A DNA stretch of 64,000 bases from positions 42,906,001 through 42,970,000 of the forward strand of contig CM097885.1 of assembly GCA_044892525.1 (NCBI GenBank), given 5' to 3'. Below, one piece after another: positions 43,340 through 56,700 of this stretch. This stretch comes from Schmidtea polychroa (Eukaryota). The notes under the pieces are model-generated. The model saw only the letters and a program-made list of their open reading frames with translations. It was not told the origin of the DNA and searched no databases. Numbering within the stretch: the stretch's first letter is position 1; each line of letters opens with the position of its first letter. Made by a program: the position numbers and the translations under genes.

Positions 43340-44200
43340 TTTTCACACTATAGTGAGGGGGTCTCGATGGTCCTGGGATTTTCAATGCAAAAAAAATTTT
43401 TCTATACAAAAACGATGGTCCTGGGATTTTCAATACAAAAAAAATTTTTCTATACAAAAATCCGACTACCACTAAAAAAGCATGGAATTTTCACACTATA
43501 GTGAGGGGGTCTCGATGGTCCTGGGATTTTCAATACAAATAAAATTTTTTCTATACAAAAACGATGGTCCTGGGATTTTCAATACAAATAAAATTTTTTC
43601 AATACAAAAAGGCGGTCTCACTAAAAAAGCATGGAATTTTCAGACTATAGTGAGGGGGTCTCGATGGTCCTGGGATTTTCAATACAAATAAAATTTTTTC
43701 AATACAAAAAGGCGGTCTTCAATAAAAAAGCATGGAATTTTCATACTATAGTGAGGGGGTCTCGATGGTCCTGGGATTTTCAATACAAATTAAATTTTTC
43801 TATACAAAAATCCGACTACCACTAAAAAAGCCAAGGATTTTTCAGACTATAGTGAGGGGGTCTCGATGGTCCTGGGATTTTCAATACAAAAAATTTTTTT
43901 CTATACAAAAATCCGACTACCAATAAAAAAGCCAAGGATTTTTCAGACTATAGTGAGGTGAGTCTCCTTGGTCCTGAGAAATAGGTGTTCTACACTAAAA
44001 AACGTGGTAATTTAAGGTCTCGGGATATTTTCAATACAAAAAGCTGGTCTACACTAAAAAGCATGGTAATTTAAGGTCTCAGGATATTTTCAATACAAAT
44101 AGGTGGTCTACACTAAAAAAGCCAAGGATTTTTCAGACTATAGTGAGGTGAGTCTCCTTGATTCTGAGAAAAAGGTGGTCTACACTAAAAAACGTGGTAA
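43340..44200. repeat. Subterminal modular tandem array (about 50/100/150-bp periods), left arm
   Basis: Recurrent ACTATAGTGAGGGGGTCTCGATGGTCCTGGGATTTTCAATACAAA (5 copies), plus 2 variant ACTATAGTGAGGTGAGTCTCC copies and GGTCTACACTAAAAA units. Mirrored at about 59750-60360 with fewer copies. Confidence 0.92.
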
Positions 44201-44204
44201 ATTA

Positions 44205-45040
44205 TTCAATTAAAGTAAATTATGGCTCAAATTTTTCAATTAAAGTAAATAATGGTTCTAAAAAATTAAATTACAGAAAATAATGGTCCAAATTTTTCAA
44301 TTAAAGTAAATAATGGTTCTAAAAATTAAAATTAAAGTAAATTATGGTCCTAAAAATTAAATTAAAGTAAATTATGGTCCTAAAAATTAAATTAAAGTAA
44401 ATTATGGCTCAAATTTTTCAATTAAAGTAAATAATGGTCCAGATTTTTCAATTAAAGTAAATAATGGTCCAAATTTTAAAATTAAAGTAAATTATGGTCC
44501 TAAAAAATTAAATTACAGTAAATTATGGTCCAAATTTTTCTATTACAGTAAATTATGGTCCTAAAAATTAAATTACAGTAAATTATGGTCCTAAAAATTA
44601 AATAAAAGTAAATTATGGTTCTAAATTTAAAATTAAAGTAAATTAAGGTTCTAAAAAATTAAAATAAAGTAAATTAAGGTCCAAATTTTAAATTAAGTAA
44701 TCAATGGTAAAAAAATTTTAAATAAGTAAATTAAAGTAATAATTTTTAAATTAAGTAATCAATGGTAAAAAATTTTAAATAAGTAAATTAAAGTAAGATT
44801 TTAAAATTTAATTACAAAAAGTTGAAGGTGTTTGAGAATTGAAATTTTTTAATGAAAATTTTCAATGGTAATTTTTAATGAAAATTTTTATGGAATATTT
44901 TTTTTTAAGTAATTTTTAATAGAAAATTTTATGAAATATTTTTCAATGGTAATTTTTAATGGAAATTTTTATGAAATATTTTTCAATGATAATTTTTAAT
45001 GGAAATTTTTAAGAAATATTTTTCAAAGACAAATTTTAAT
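44205..45040. repeat. Tandem array of about 30-31-bp units followed by degenerate AT-rich units of about 40 bp
   Basis: ATTAAAGTAAATTATGGTCCTAAAAATTAA, about 16 copies (44205-44700), then AATTTTTAATGGAAATTTTTATGAAATATTTTTCAATGGT-type units. Mirror at about 58940-59745. Confidence 0.9.
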
Positions 45041-45059
45041 AATAATTCAACAACAAATC

Positions 45060-46500
45060 AACAACTTAGTACCAACAACCAGTAACTTCCGAACATGTAT
45101 TACCAACCAGATACCTACAACCAGTTACCTGATACCAAGTACCAACAACCAAAAACATGCAACCAACTAGGTACCAAGTACTAACAACTAACTACCACCT
45201 ACCAAGTACCTACAACCAACTACTAAGTACTAACAACCAAAAACAACCAACTAGGTACTAGATACCAAGTACTTACAACAAACATCAACCAAGTACTTAC
45301 TACCAACTACCAAGTACTTACAACTAGTTACTAACAACTAGTTACCTGCTACCAAGTACTTACAATTAGTTACTAACAACCAGTTACCTGATACCAAGTA
45401 CCTACAACCAACTACCAAGTACTAACAACAAAAAACAACGAAGTACCTACAACAAATTACCAGATACCAAGTGCCTACAACTAGTTACTAACAACTAGTT
45501 ACCTGATACTAAGTACCTACAACCACCTAACAAGTACTAACAACCAAAAACAAGCAACCAAACAGGTATCAGATACCACCTACTAAGTACCAACAACCAA
45601 CTAGTTACCAGATACCTACAACTAGATACTAACAACTAGGTCTCAAACAACTAAATACTAACAACCAGGTACTAAGCATTAATTACCAACTACTAAGTAC
45701 CTACAACCTACAACTAGATACTAACAACCAGTTACCTGATACCAAGTACTAACAACCGTCAACAACCAGGTACTAAGACTTATCAACCTACAACTAGTTA
45801 CTAAGCATCAGCAACCAACTACTAAGTACCTACAACTAGATACTAACAACCAGTTACCCATTAACTAGCTACAACCAGCACTCAACTAGCTACCAACTAC
45901 TAAGTACCTACAACCAACTAGCTACCACCTACCAAGTACTAACAACCAGTTACCAACTACTAAGCATTAATTACCTACAACTAGTTACTAACAACATGAT
46001 ACCAAGTACATACAACCAGACACTAAGCATTATCAACCAAGTACTAACAACTAAATACTAAACACTAACAACCGACAATAACCAGGTACTAAGCATCATC
46101 AACCAACTACTAAGTACCTACAACTAGTTACTAACAACTAGATACCAAGTACATACAACCAGACACTAAGCATTATCAACCAAGTACTAACAACTAAATA
46201 CTAAACACTAACAACCGACAATAACCAGGTACTAAGCATCATCAACCAACTACTAAGTACCTACAACTAGTTACTAACAACTAGATACCAAGTACATACA
46301 ACCAACTAGCTACCAACTACCATGTACTAACAACCACCATCAAAACCCATCGAGAAATTAACAAATATCAACCTACAACTAGATACTTACAACTAGATAC
46401 CAAGTACATACAACCAACATCAACCAGGTACTAGATACCAAGTACTAACAACCAAGTAACTTACCTAGTAATAAGCACTGTCAACTAGATACCAAACACT
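45060..46500. repeat. A/C-rich scrambled short-word array
   Basis: Shuffled words ACCAAGTAC, CTACAAC, ACTAGTT, TAACAAC, GATACC. Mirror (G/T-rich) at about 57610-58920. Confidence 0.9.
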
Positions 46501-46935
46501 TACAAGCAGATGACCACATGAAATTATTGGTTAAATATGAAAATAAGGGTTATAATTAGTTGTTAAGTAAATAATGGTGTAAAATTAAGAAATAAAGAAT
46601 AATTAGGTAAATTAAAGTAATAATTTTTAAAAAAGTAAATTAAGGTTCAAAATTTAAAATTAAGTAATAAATGGTTCAAATTTTAAATTAAAGCTAAAGA
46701 AGTAAATTAAAGTAGTAATTTTTAAATAAGTAATGTAATAAGTAAATTAAACTAAGATTTTTAAATTTATTATCAAAAGATTGAATAACCACCAACTTTT
46801 TTGAGAAATGTAATTTTTAATGAAAATTTAAATGGAAATTTTTTTTTTAAGTTAATTTTAAATGTAAAATTTTTTAAGTAAATTTTAATGAAATAATTTT
46901 TTAAGTTAATTTTGAATGAAAATTTTAATGGAATC

Positions 46936-46979
<44 letters not shown>

Positions 46980-47406
46980 TCAACAATCAGTTACCAACAA
47001 CCAGATACTAAATATTTTTCACTATGTGCTAAGAAATAAGTACCAAATACTTTCAACATGATACCACGTACTAACTAACTCTCAAACAACCACATACTTA
47101 CAACTAACTACTAAATATTCTTTATTGTATTTTATGAAATGCTTTTTAAATTAATTTTTTATCTGTCTTCAAAAATATGTTTAATTACAATCAGTAGAAA
47201 AAATCTTTTCAAATTTAACAAAAATGCTGATTTTCATCAAAAAACCACAACTCATCACCACGTGAAATTCAAAATAATTTAAGTTACAATGAAAGACTAA
47301 TGAATTCTAATTTACAAAACATTCTTCTTTTAAATGATAACTTATTATTGCAAAGTAAAAATCACATTCAATAAATACTTATTATTGATCAGTTTTATTA
47401 TATATA

Positions 47407-50400
47407 CTCTGAGTTTATCCGACAGGATGTTTTGACCCCCTAAGGGTACAGGTCGTAAGGGTACTGGTCGCAAGGGTACTAGTCGTAGGGGTATTGGTAA
47501 CACTTAACCACAACCTACCCATTAACTAGCTACTATGTACTAACCACTAGGTTTCAAACAACAACTACTAACAACCACCATCAAAACCCATCGAGAAATT
47601 AACAAATATCAACCTACAACTATATAAGAATCAGTAAACAACACTGTACCAACTACCAAATACAAGATACCAACAACTTAGTACCAACAATCAACTAACA
47701 ACACATAAAAATAATAGCAATTAAATACAAAATATTCTTCATCGCATACACTATTTTCTTATCAAAATCTAAAAAGTCAATCAGATACCAACTACCAAGT
47801 ACCAAGTACTAACAACCAACTACCTAGAACCAACAACTATGTACTAACAAATTGATCTTTAAAAGCAAATACTCTTCACTTGAAAAATTGGATGAAAAAT
47901 TATTTGAACTCAAGGCATCAATAACTTGGTAAAAATTGATTAAATAATTGTAAAAATTTAAATTATTCAAAATAAATATCATAAAAATTTAATTAATGGA
48001 CAAGAAAAAATTCTAATCATCCAATAAATAAAAAAAAATGCTGATCATTCAAGTTGAATCAACTAAGATAATAAATTAATAAGATAAGATCTAGTAGATA
48101 ATTGATTAAGATTGAATAAATTAATTTAAATAAAATTAAATTTAATTATTTTTGTAAAAGTAATACATGTACTCAAATTGATTGACTGATTTCTCAATAT
48201 ATTCAAAAAAAAATCAGTATAAATTCATTACAATTATCAAAGTCAGCAATCTACAATTAAAATAATTATCATAAAATTCCAAAAGAGACTAGATAACTAA
48301 TGATAACATCTAATAAACCAGTAAATTTATTTAAATGACAATAATTGGTATATCCTAGTGAATTCTCCAATTTCTCATTTCCTCCCAAATATATCAATAT
48401 GTAAAGATTGGTATTGTAATGATAAATACTTGTTAAAGATCATATATTTACCTCAAACTAACAAGATTCCTTAAAATCCCTTAAATGACTATATTTCTAC
48501 CCTTAATTCATATTATTACAAATATTTCACTAAAATCATCTAAAAAGCATCAAATTTCCCTGAAATAACTCTATCTTTTAAGATTGATATTTTAATGATA
48601 AGTACTTGTTAAAGATCATATATTCCCCTCAGACTAATAAGATTGCTTAAACTCCCCTTTAAATGACTATAATTCTAACTTTAATTCCTATTATCATACA
48701 TGTTTCACTATTGATAAAACCGGTTATAATTAACTTTTTGTTAATCACTGTACTCGAAATTTAAAATAAATATAACTGACTAGGTCCCATTAAAAGATTA
48801 AATTTATCCATTCAATAAAATATATTTCTTCAAATGATCATTTTTACCAATATTCAACCGATTTAATTACTAATTAAAATCAAGATTTCTTCCAATAAAG
48901 ATCAATTTTATTTAGTCGATGTTTTAAGTCCATATTTCTAAACTTTTGTCATTCTCCGCCTAAATAAAGATAAAAATAAATTAAAGTTGATATCAATCCC
49001 AATTATCTGTAAAGATTTCATTGTCAAAACCAAGTAAATCGATCATTATCCCTACTTAATAAAACATTGTTCTAAATAAATTTACTGTGCATTAATCACA
49101 ACCTAATAAAACGATATAATTATTATTGATTCATAACTGACTAATGTATTGCAATTTCCTTAAAAAACATTGATATTTTACCAACATCACCCTTAAAAAA
49201 TCATATATTCCCATCGAAACCCTTCCCTCATTAAAAGCAACCGACTATATCTCCCTTACAATAATATATTCCCATCTTAACCCATCTCACATTAAATCTA
49301 ACCGACTATATCCCCTTAAAAGATCATATTTTCCCCATCTTAACCGATCTCTCATTAAATCTAACCAACAATATCCCATCTTAACCGATCTCTCATTAAA
49401 TCTAACCGACTATATCCCTTTAAAAATCATATATTCCCATCTCTCATTAAATCTAATCGATAATATCCCATCTTATCCGATCTCTCAGCAAATATTTCTA
49501 CCCTTTTAAACATCTATCCGATTATATCCGATTATATCCGATTATATCCCTAAATATATATTTCTTCAAATGATCATTTTTACCAATATTCAACCGATTT
49601 AATTACTAATTAAAATCAAGATTTCTTCCAATAAAGATCAATTTTATTTAGTCGATGTTTTAAGTCCATATTTCTAAACTTTTGTCATTCTCCGCCTAAA
49701 TAAAGATAAAAATAAATTAAAGTTGATATCAATCCCAATTATCTGTAAAGATTTCATTGTCAAAACCAAGTAAATCGATCATTATCCCTACTTAATAAAA
49801 CATTGTTCTAAATAAATTTACTGTGCATTAATCACAACCTAATAAAACGATATAATTATTATTGATTCATAACTGACTAATGTATTGCAATTTCCTTAAA
49901 AAACATTGATATTTTACCAACATCACCCTTAAAAAATCATATATTCCCATCGAAACCCTTCCCTCATTAAAAGCAACCGACTATATCTCCCTTACAATAA
50001 TATATTCCCATCTTAACCCATCTCACATTAAATCTAACCGACTATATCCCCTTAAAAGATCATATTTTCCCCATCTTAACCGATCTCTCATTAAATCTAA
50101 CCAACAATATCCCATCTTAACCGATCTCTCATTAAATCTAACCGACTATATCCCTTTAAAAATCATATATTCCCATCTCTCATTAAATCTAATCGATAAT
50201 ATCCCATCTTATCCGATCTCTCAGCAAATATTTCTACCCTTTTAAACATCTATCCGATTATATCCCTTAATTTCCCTAAAGATTCCACCCACTTGAACCC
50301 TTTAATATATATCAATCCTCTTAATATCCTTAGAGAACTTCAAAAAGTATGAATTTTCATAAACTGTTAAAGACACCAGGCATTCTTCCATTGAAATAAT

Positions 50401-51352
50401 TTAGAAGCTAAATAATAAGAGCCCACTAAAAGATCAAAATTTACTAAAATTTTCTACAAATATTTACCATCAAATACTGGAGATGATATATATTGATTGA
50501 TCATAATTCTTCATCGATTCAACCAATCATTTTCAAGCAATAACAGCAAACTAAATTTCTGTATATCCTACAATAATTATCAAGTAAATTTAAAGTCATT
50601 GATAAATATTCTTAGAAAATTATTGAAAAAAATTATCTAGTCAAATATATTACAAAGTTATCATCAAAAATTTATTCTATCACTTAATTATTAACCTAAT
50701 TGTCAATGAAATTAATTTTTATTTAAAAACTATTCAATAAAATACAACTAATTATCAAGAAATTAACTAAATTTATCAATTAAATTTATCACCATTAAAA
50801 CTTTTAATCAGTCAACATGAAATTCTTAGAAAATTATTCAATATCCTCATAAAAATTTATCCTACCACTTCATTATTGTAAAATCTCTAATTATTAACCT
50901 CATTGAAAATAATTTTTATTTAAAATTAAAAAAAAAACAAGTCAATAAAAATACATCCAATTATCAAGAAATTAATTAAATTTATCTTAGAATTAGCATT
51001 AAATTATTAAATATTCATTCAATAAACATGAAATTTGCAAAAATGTTAGAAATCCATGAAAATGATAGATATCTACAAAAATTACGCATATTCACAAAAA
51101 AGTACGGAAATTCATGAAAATAATAGAAAATTACAAAAAATGATAGAAATTCATAAAAATGATAGAAATTTACTTGAATAAAACCATCAACTCTAAAAAT
51201 TATCAATACCTTAAACATCAAATTTGTCTAAATTCAAATAAAAACATTAAATACCTTTACGACTAATACCCTTGCGACATGTTGAATGTGAGTAGTACCC
51301 TTGTGAGCAATACCCATAGGGGGACAGAATATTTTGTCGGATAAACTCAGAG
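47407..51352. mobile_element. Nested inverted-repeat-bounded module in left arm (possible TA-targeting non-autonomous DNA transposon)
   Basis: TATATA|CTCTGAGTTTATCCGACA ... TGTCGGATAAACTCAGAG|TATATA: perfect 18-bp IR with imperfect extension to CCCCCTA and subterminal AGGGTA(C/T)..GTCG repeats on both sides. Confidence 0.65.
48821..50264. repeat. 736-bp tandem duplication, left arm only
   Basis: TATATTTCTTCAAATGATC... starts at both 48821 and 49557. The right arm has one copy (about 54580-55286). Confidence 0.93.
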
Positions 51353-51964
51353 TATATATTAATTTACTCATTTATCATTGAATTAGTCAAATTATCGTAA
51401 ATTTCGATAAAAAATCTAAAGTGGTAAGCAATGTAAAGAGAAATATTCTTTAAATTTTGATAAAATTAACAATGAAGGTGGTAAGAATCTTCATTAAAGT
51501 GAGGAAATTATTCATTACTCGATTCAAATGGGTGAAAATAATTGGTAGAATAATCCATTAATGGAGGTAGATAATGAGAAGTGGCATAGATAAGAAGAAG
51601 GTGGATAAGAATGGAAGTATATTAATTGAATTTATTTAAAATTATTTCATAAAATTCATAAATTTAATAAAAAAAAACTTTTAAAACAAATATTTGTGGG
51701 GATGTTTTAAGTGAATAATTAATAAAAATCGGCGGAATATAATTGATTAAATATCGGGGGGTGGGGGTTATAAGTGAATAATTAGTGGAAAATAAAGGGG
51801 ATATAAGTGAATAATTAATGGAGAATCGGGGGGAATATAGGAGATTAAATAGTGGGATAATGAGAATCGGTGGAATATAAGTGAGAAGGATATGTAATTT
51901 AAATTATTTTATTACGTAACAAGCCACGACTAGTTTATTGCATAACAAGCCTTGACTAGTTTAT

Positions 51965-52877
51965 AATTTTAATTTTAATTATATTTTAAAATTGTATATA
52001 TTTTGAATATCATTCTATTGTTTAATTTCAATAATAAGTTTAAAAAATCTATAATAATTAATAAATTAATATCTTGTTAACATTTATTTGAGAATTTATA
52101 AAACTTTACTTAAAATTAGTGAAGTATTTAATTTTAATTGTATTTTATAACACATATATTTGAGTATTAACTTATTTTGATTGAAGTATCACATTTAATA
52201 TTGTGATGATTGTTTTCTAAATCGAAATATTTAGTGTAAAATAGTAAATTTAATAATAAATAGCTACAATATTAAAGGTCTTTTTTTAAAAAAAATATTT
52301 ACTTTCTATTACCTAATTCCATCATTAAGTTTAAAAAGTCTATAACTGTTAATAATTCAATTTTTTATTCACATTTTCTAATAAAACTTATATTTTTAAA
52401 TTTAGTGTAAAGAATTTAATTTTAATTGTATTTTATAAGTCATTTATTTGAATATTTATCTTATTTTTATTGAAAGGAGTAATATAATTCATATTATGAT
52501 ATTCGTTTCGAAATATTTAGTGTAGAATCGTAAATTTAATAATATATAGCTATTATTGCAAGTACTTATACAACAAAAACTTTTTTATTTCTAATGTTTT
52601 ATTCAATAAATAAGTTTTAAAGTATATAACTGGTAATAAATTAATTTCTTATTTAAATTTATTTAAAAAAGCTTTACTTATAAAATTTATATTTTCGAAG
52701 ACTTATATTTGAATATTAACTTATATTGATTGAAAAGGGTAATTGATTTAGAAATTAATTAGTGTAAATCAAAACATTTAAATTATTAAGGTATTAAAGT
52801 ACCTATTCAAAAATTAAAAAAAAAAAAAGACCTAATCAATAATTTTCAATAAAATACTATTCACAGCTTGTTATGTA
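51965..52877. repeat. Non-palindromic central spacer made of three degenerate repeats of about 290 bp
   Basis: TAAGTTT(A/T)AAA...TATAA...AATAA at about 52034, 52325 and 52611. TTAGTGTA..AT at about 52230, 52517 and 52759. Confidence 0.7.
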
Positions 52878-53489
52878 ATAAACTAGTCACGGCTTGTTAT
52901 GTAATAAACTAGTCGTGGCTTGTTACGTAATAAAATAATTTAAATTACATATCCTTCTCACTTATATTCCACCGATTCTCATTATCCCACTATTTAATCT
53001 CCTATATTCCCCCCGATTCTCCATTAATTATTCACTTATATCCCCTTTATTTTCCACTAATTATTCACTTATAACCCCCACCCCCCGATATTTAATCAAT
53101 TATATTCCGCCGATTTTTATTAATTATTCACTTAAAACATCCCCACAAATATTTGTTTTAAAAGTTTTTTTTTATTAAATTTATGAATTTTATGAAATAA
53201 TTTTAAATAAATTCAATTAATATACTTCCATTCTTATCCACCTTCTTCTTATCTATGCCACTTCTCATTATCTACCTCCATTAATGGATTATTCTACCAA
53301 TTATTTTCACCCATTTGAATCGAGTAATGAATAATTTCCTCACTTTAATGAAGATTCTTACCACCTTCATTGTTAATTTTATCAAAATTTAAAGAATATT
53401 TCTCTTTACATTGCTTACCACTTTAGATTTTTTATCGAAATTTACGATAATTTGACTAATTCAATGATAAATGAGTAAATTAATATATA

Positions 53490-56400
53490 CTCTGAGTTTA
53501 TCCGACAAAATATTCTGTCCCCCTATGGGTATTGCTCACAAGGGTACTACTCACATTCAACATGTCGCAAGGGTATTAGTCGTAAAGGTATTTAATGTTT
53601 TTATTTGAATTTAGACAAATTTGATGTTTAAGGTATTGATAATTTTTAGAGTTGATGGTTTTATTCAAGTAAATTTCTATCATTTTTATGAATTTCTATC
53701 ATTTTTTGTAATTTTCTATTATTTTCATGAATTTCCGTACTTTTTTGTGAATATGCGTAATTTTTGTAGATATCTATCATTTTCATGGATTTCTAACATT
53801 TTTGCAAATTTGATATTTATTGAATGAATATTTAATAATTTAATGCTAATTCTAAGATAAATTTAATTAATTTCTTGATAATTGGATGTATTTTTATTGA
53901 CTTGTTTTTTTTTTAATTTTAAATAAAAATTATTTTCAATGAGGTTAATAATTAGAGATTTTACAATAATGAAGTGGTAGGATAAATTTTTATGAGGATA
54001 TTGAATAATTTTCTAAGAATTTCATGTTGACTGATTAAAAGTTTTAATGGTGATAAATTTAATTGATAAATTTAGTTAATTTCTTGATAATTAGTTGTAT
54101 TTTATTGAATAGTTTTTAAATAAAAATTAATTTCATTGACAATTAGGTTAATAATTAAGTGATAGAATAAATTTTTGATGATAACTTTGTAATATATTTG
54201 ACTAGATAATTTTTTTCAATAATTTTCTAAGAATATTTATCAATGACTTTAAATTTACTTGATAATTATTGTAGGATATACAGAAATTTAGTTTGCTGTT
54301 ATTGCTTGAAAATGATTGGTTGAATCGATGAAGAATTATGATCAATCAATATATATCATCTCCAGTATTTGATGGTAAATATTTGTAGAAAATTTTAGTA
54401 AATTTTGATCTTTTAGTGGGCTCTTATTATTTAGCTTCTAAATTATTTCAATGGAAGAATGCCTGGTGTCTTTAACAGTTTATGAAAATTCATACTTTTT
54501 GAAGTTCTCTAAGGATATTAAGAGGATTGATATATATTAAAGGGTTCAAGTGGGTGGAATCTTTAGGGAAATTAAGGGATATAATCGGATAGATGTTTAA
54601 AAGGGTAGAAATATTTGCTGAGAGATCGGATAAGATGGGATATTATCGATTAGATTTAATGAGAGATGGGAATATATGATTTTTAAAGGGATATAGTCGG
54701 TTAGATTTAATGAGAGATCGGTTAAGATGGGATATTGTTGGTTAGATTTAATGAGAGATCGGTTAAGATGGGGAAAATATGATCTTTTAAGGGGATATAG
54801 TCGGTTAGATTTAATGTGAGATGGGTTAAGATGGGAATATATTATTGTAAGGGAGATATAGTCGGTTGCTTTTAATGAGGGAAGGGTTTCGATGGGAATA
54901 TATGATTTTTTAAGGGTGATGTTGGTAAAATATCAATGTTTTTTAAGGAAATTGCAATACATTAGTCAGTTATGAATCAATAATAATTATATCGTTTTAT
55001 TAGGTTGTGATTAATGCATAGTAAATTATTTTAGAACAATGTTTTATTAAGTAGGGATAATGATCGATTTACTTGGTTTTGACAATGAAATCTTTACAGA
55101 TAATTGGGATTGATATCAACTTTAATTTATTTTTATCTTTATTTAGGCGGAGAATGACAAAAGTTTAGAAATATGGACTTAAAACATCGACTAAATAAAA
55201 TTGATCTTTATTGGAAGAAATCTTGATTTTAATTAGTAATTAAATCGGTTGAATATTGGTAAAAATGATCATTTGAAGAAATATATTTTATTGAATGGAT
55301 AAATTTAATCTTTTAATGGGACCTAGTCAGTTATATTTATTTTAAATTTCGAGTACAGCGATTAACAAAAAGTTAATTATAACCGGTTTTATCAATAGTG
55401 AAACATGTATGATAATAGGAATTAAAGTTAGAATTATAGTCATTTAAAGGGGAGTTTAAGCAATCTTATTAGTCTGAGGGGAATATATGATCTTTAACAA
55501 GTACTTATCATTAAAATATCAATCTTAAAAGATAGAGTTATTTCAGGGAAATTTGATGCTTTTTAGATGATTTTAGTGAAATATTTGTAATAATATGAAT
55601 TAAGGGTAGAAATATAGTCATTTAAGGGATTTTAAGGAATCTTGTTAGTTTGAGGTAAATATATGATCTTTAACAAGTATTTATCATTACAATACCAATC
55701 TTTACATATTGATATATTTGGGAGGAAATGAGAAATTGGAGAATTCACTAGGATATACCAATTATTGTCATTTAAATAAATTTACTGGTTTATTAGATGT
55801 TATCATTAGTTATCTAGTCTCTTTTGGAATTTTATGATAATTATTTTAATTGTAGATTGCTGACTTTGATAATTGTAATGAATTTATACTGATTTTTTTT
55901 TTGAATATATTGAGAAATCAGTCAATCAATTTGAGTACATGTATTACTTTTACAAAAATAATTAAATTTAATTTTATTTAAATTAATTTATTCAATCTTA
56001 ATCAATTATCTACTAGATCTTATCTTATTAATTTATTATCTTAGTTGATTCAACTTGAATGATCAGCATTTTTTTTTATTTATTGGATGATTAGAATTTT
56101 TTCTTGTCCATTAATTAAATTTTTATGATATTTATTTTGAATAATTTAAATTTTTACAATTATTTAATCAATTTTTACCAAGTTATTGATGCCTTGAGTT
56201 CAAATAATTTTTCATCCAATTTTTCAAGTGAAGAGTATTTGCTTTTAAAGATCAATTTGTTAGTACATAGTTGTTGGTTCTAGGTAGTTGGTTGTTAGTA
56301 CTTGGTACTTGGTAGTTGGTATCTGATTGACTTTTTAGATTTTGATAAGAAAATAGTGTATGCGATGAAGAATATTTTGTATTTAATTGCTATTATTTTT

Positions 56401-56700
56401 ATGTGTTGTTAGTTGATTGTTGGTACTAAGTTGTTGGTATCTTGTATTTGGTAGTTGGTACAGTGTTGTTTACTGATTCTTATATAGTTGTAGGTTGATA
56501 TTTGTTAATTTCTCGATGGGTTTTGATGGTGGTTGTTAGTAGTTGTTGTTTGAAACCTAGTGGTTAGTACATAGTAGCTAGTTAATGGGTAGGTTGTGGT
56601 TAAGTGTTACCAATACCCCTACGACTAGTACCCTTGCGACCAGTACCCTTACGACCTGTACCCTTAGGGGGTCAAAACATCCTGTCGGATAAACTCAGAG
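53490..56700. mobile_element. Mirror copy of the nested IR-bounded module, right arm (3,211 bp)
   Basis: TATATA|CTCTGAGTTTATCCGACA at 53490 ... TGTCGGATAAACTCAGAG|TATATA at 56700. Confidence 0.65.

Noticed and set aside
43346..43360. CTATAGTGAG resembles the reverse of the T7 promoter 3' half (and GGTCTC is a BsaI site), suggesting vector contamination
   Set aside because: The TAATACGA half is absent and the motif is embedded in a naturally diverged array.
43257..43926. Short ORFs in the terminal arrays (and mirrors 60023-60588)
   Set aside because: They are translations of tandem repeats and are duplicated only because of the palindrome.
43340..44200. CRISPR-like repeat array
   Set aside because: The intervening sequences are themselves repeated modules rather than unique spacers. 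There are no cas genes and the context is eukaryotic.
51015..53827. Mirrored 68-aa ORFs (51015-51221 and 53621-53827)
   Set aside because: TTG/ATG start in a low-complexity repeat of about 20 bp, with Phe-rich composition from T-rich DNA and no motif.
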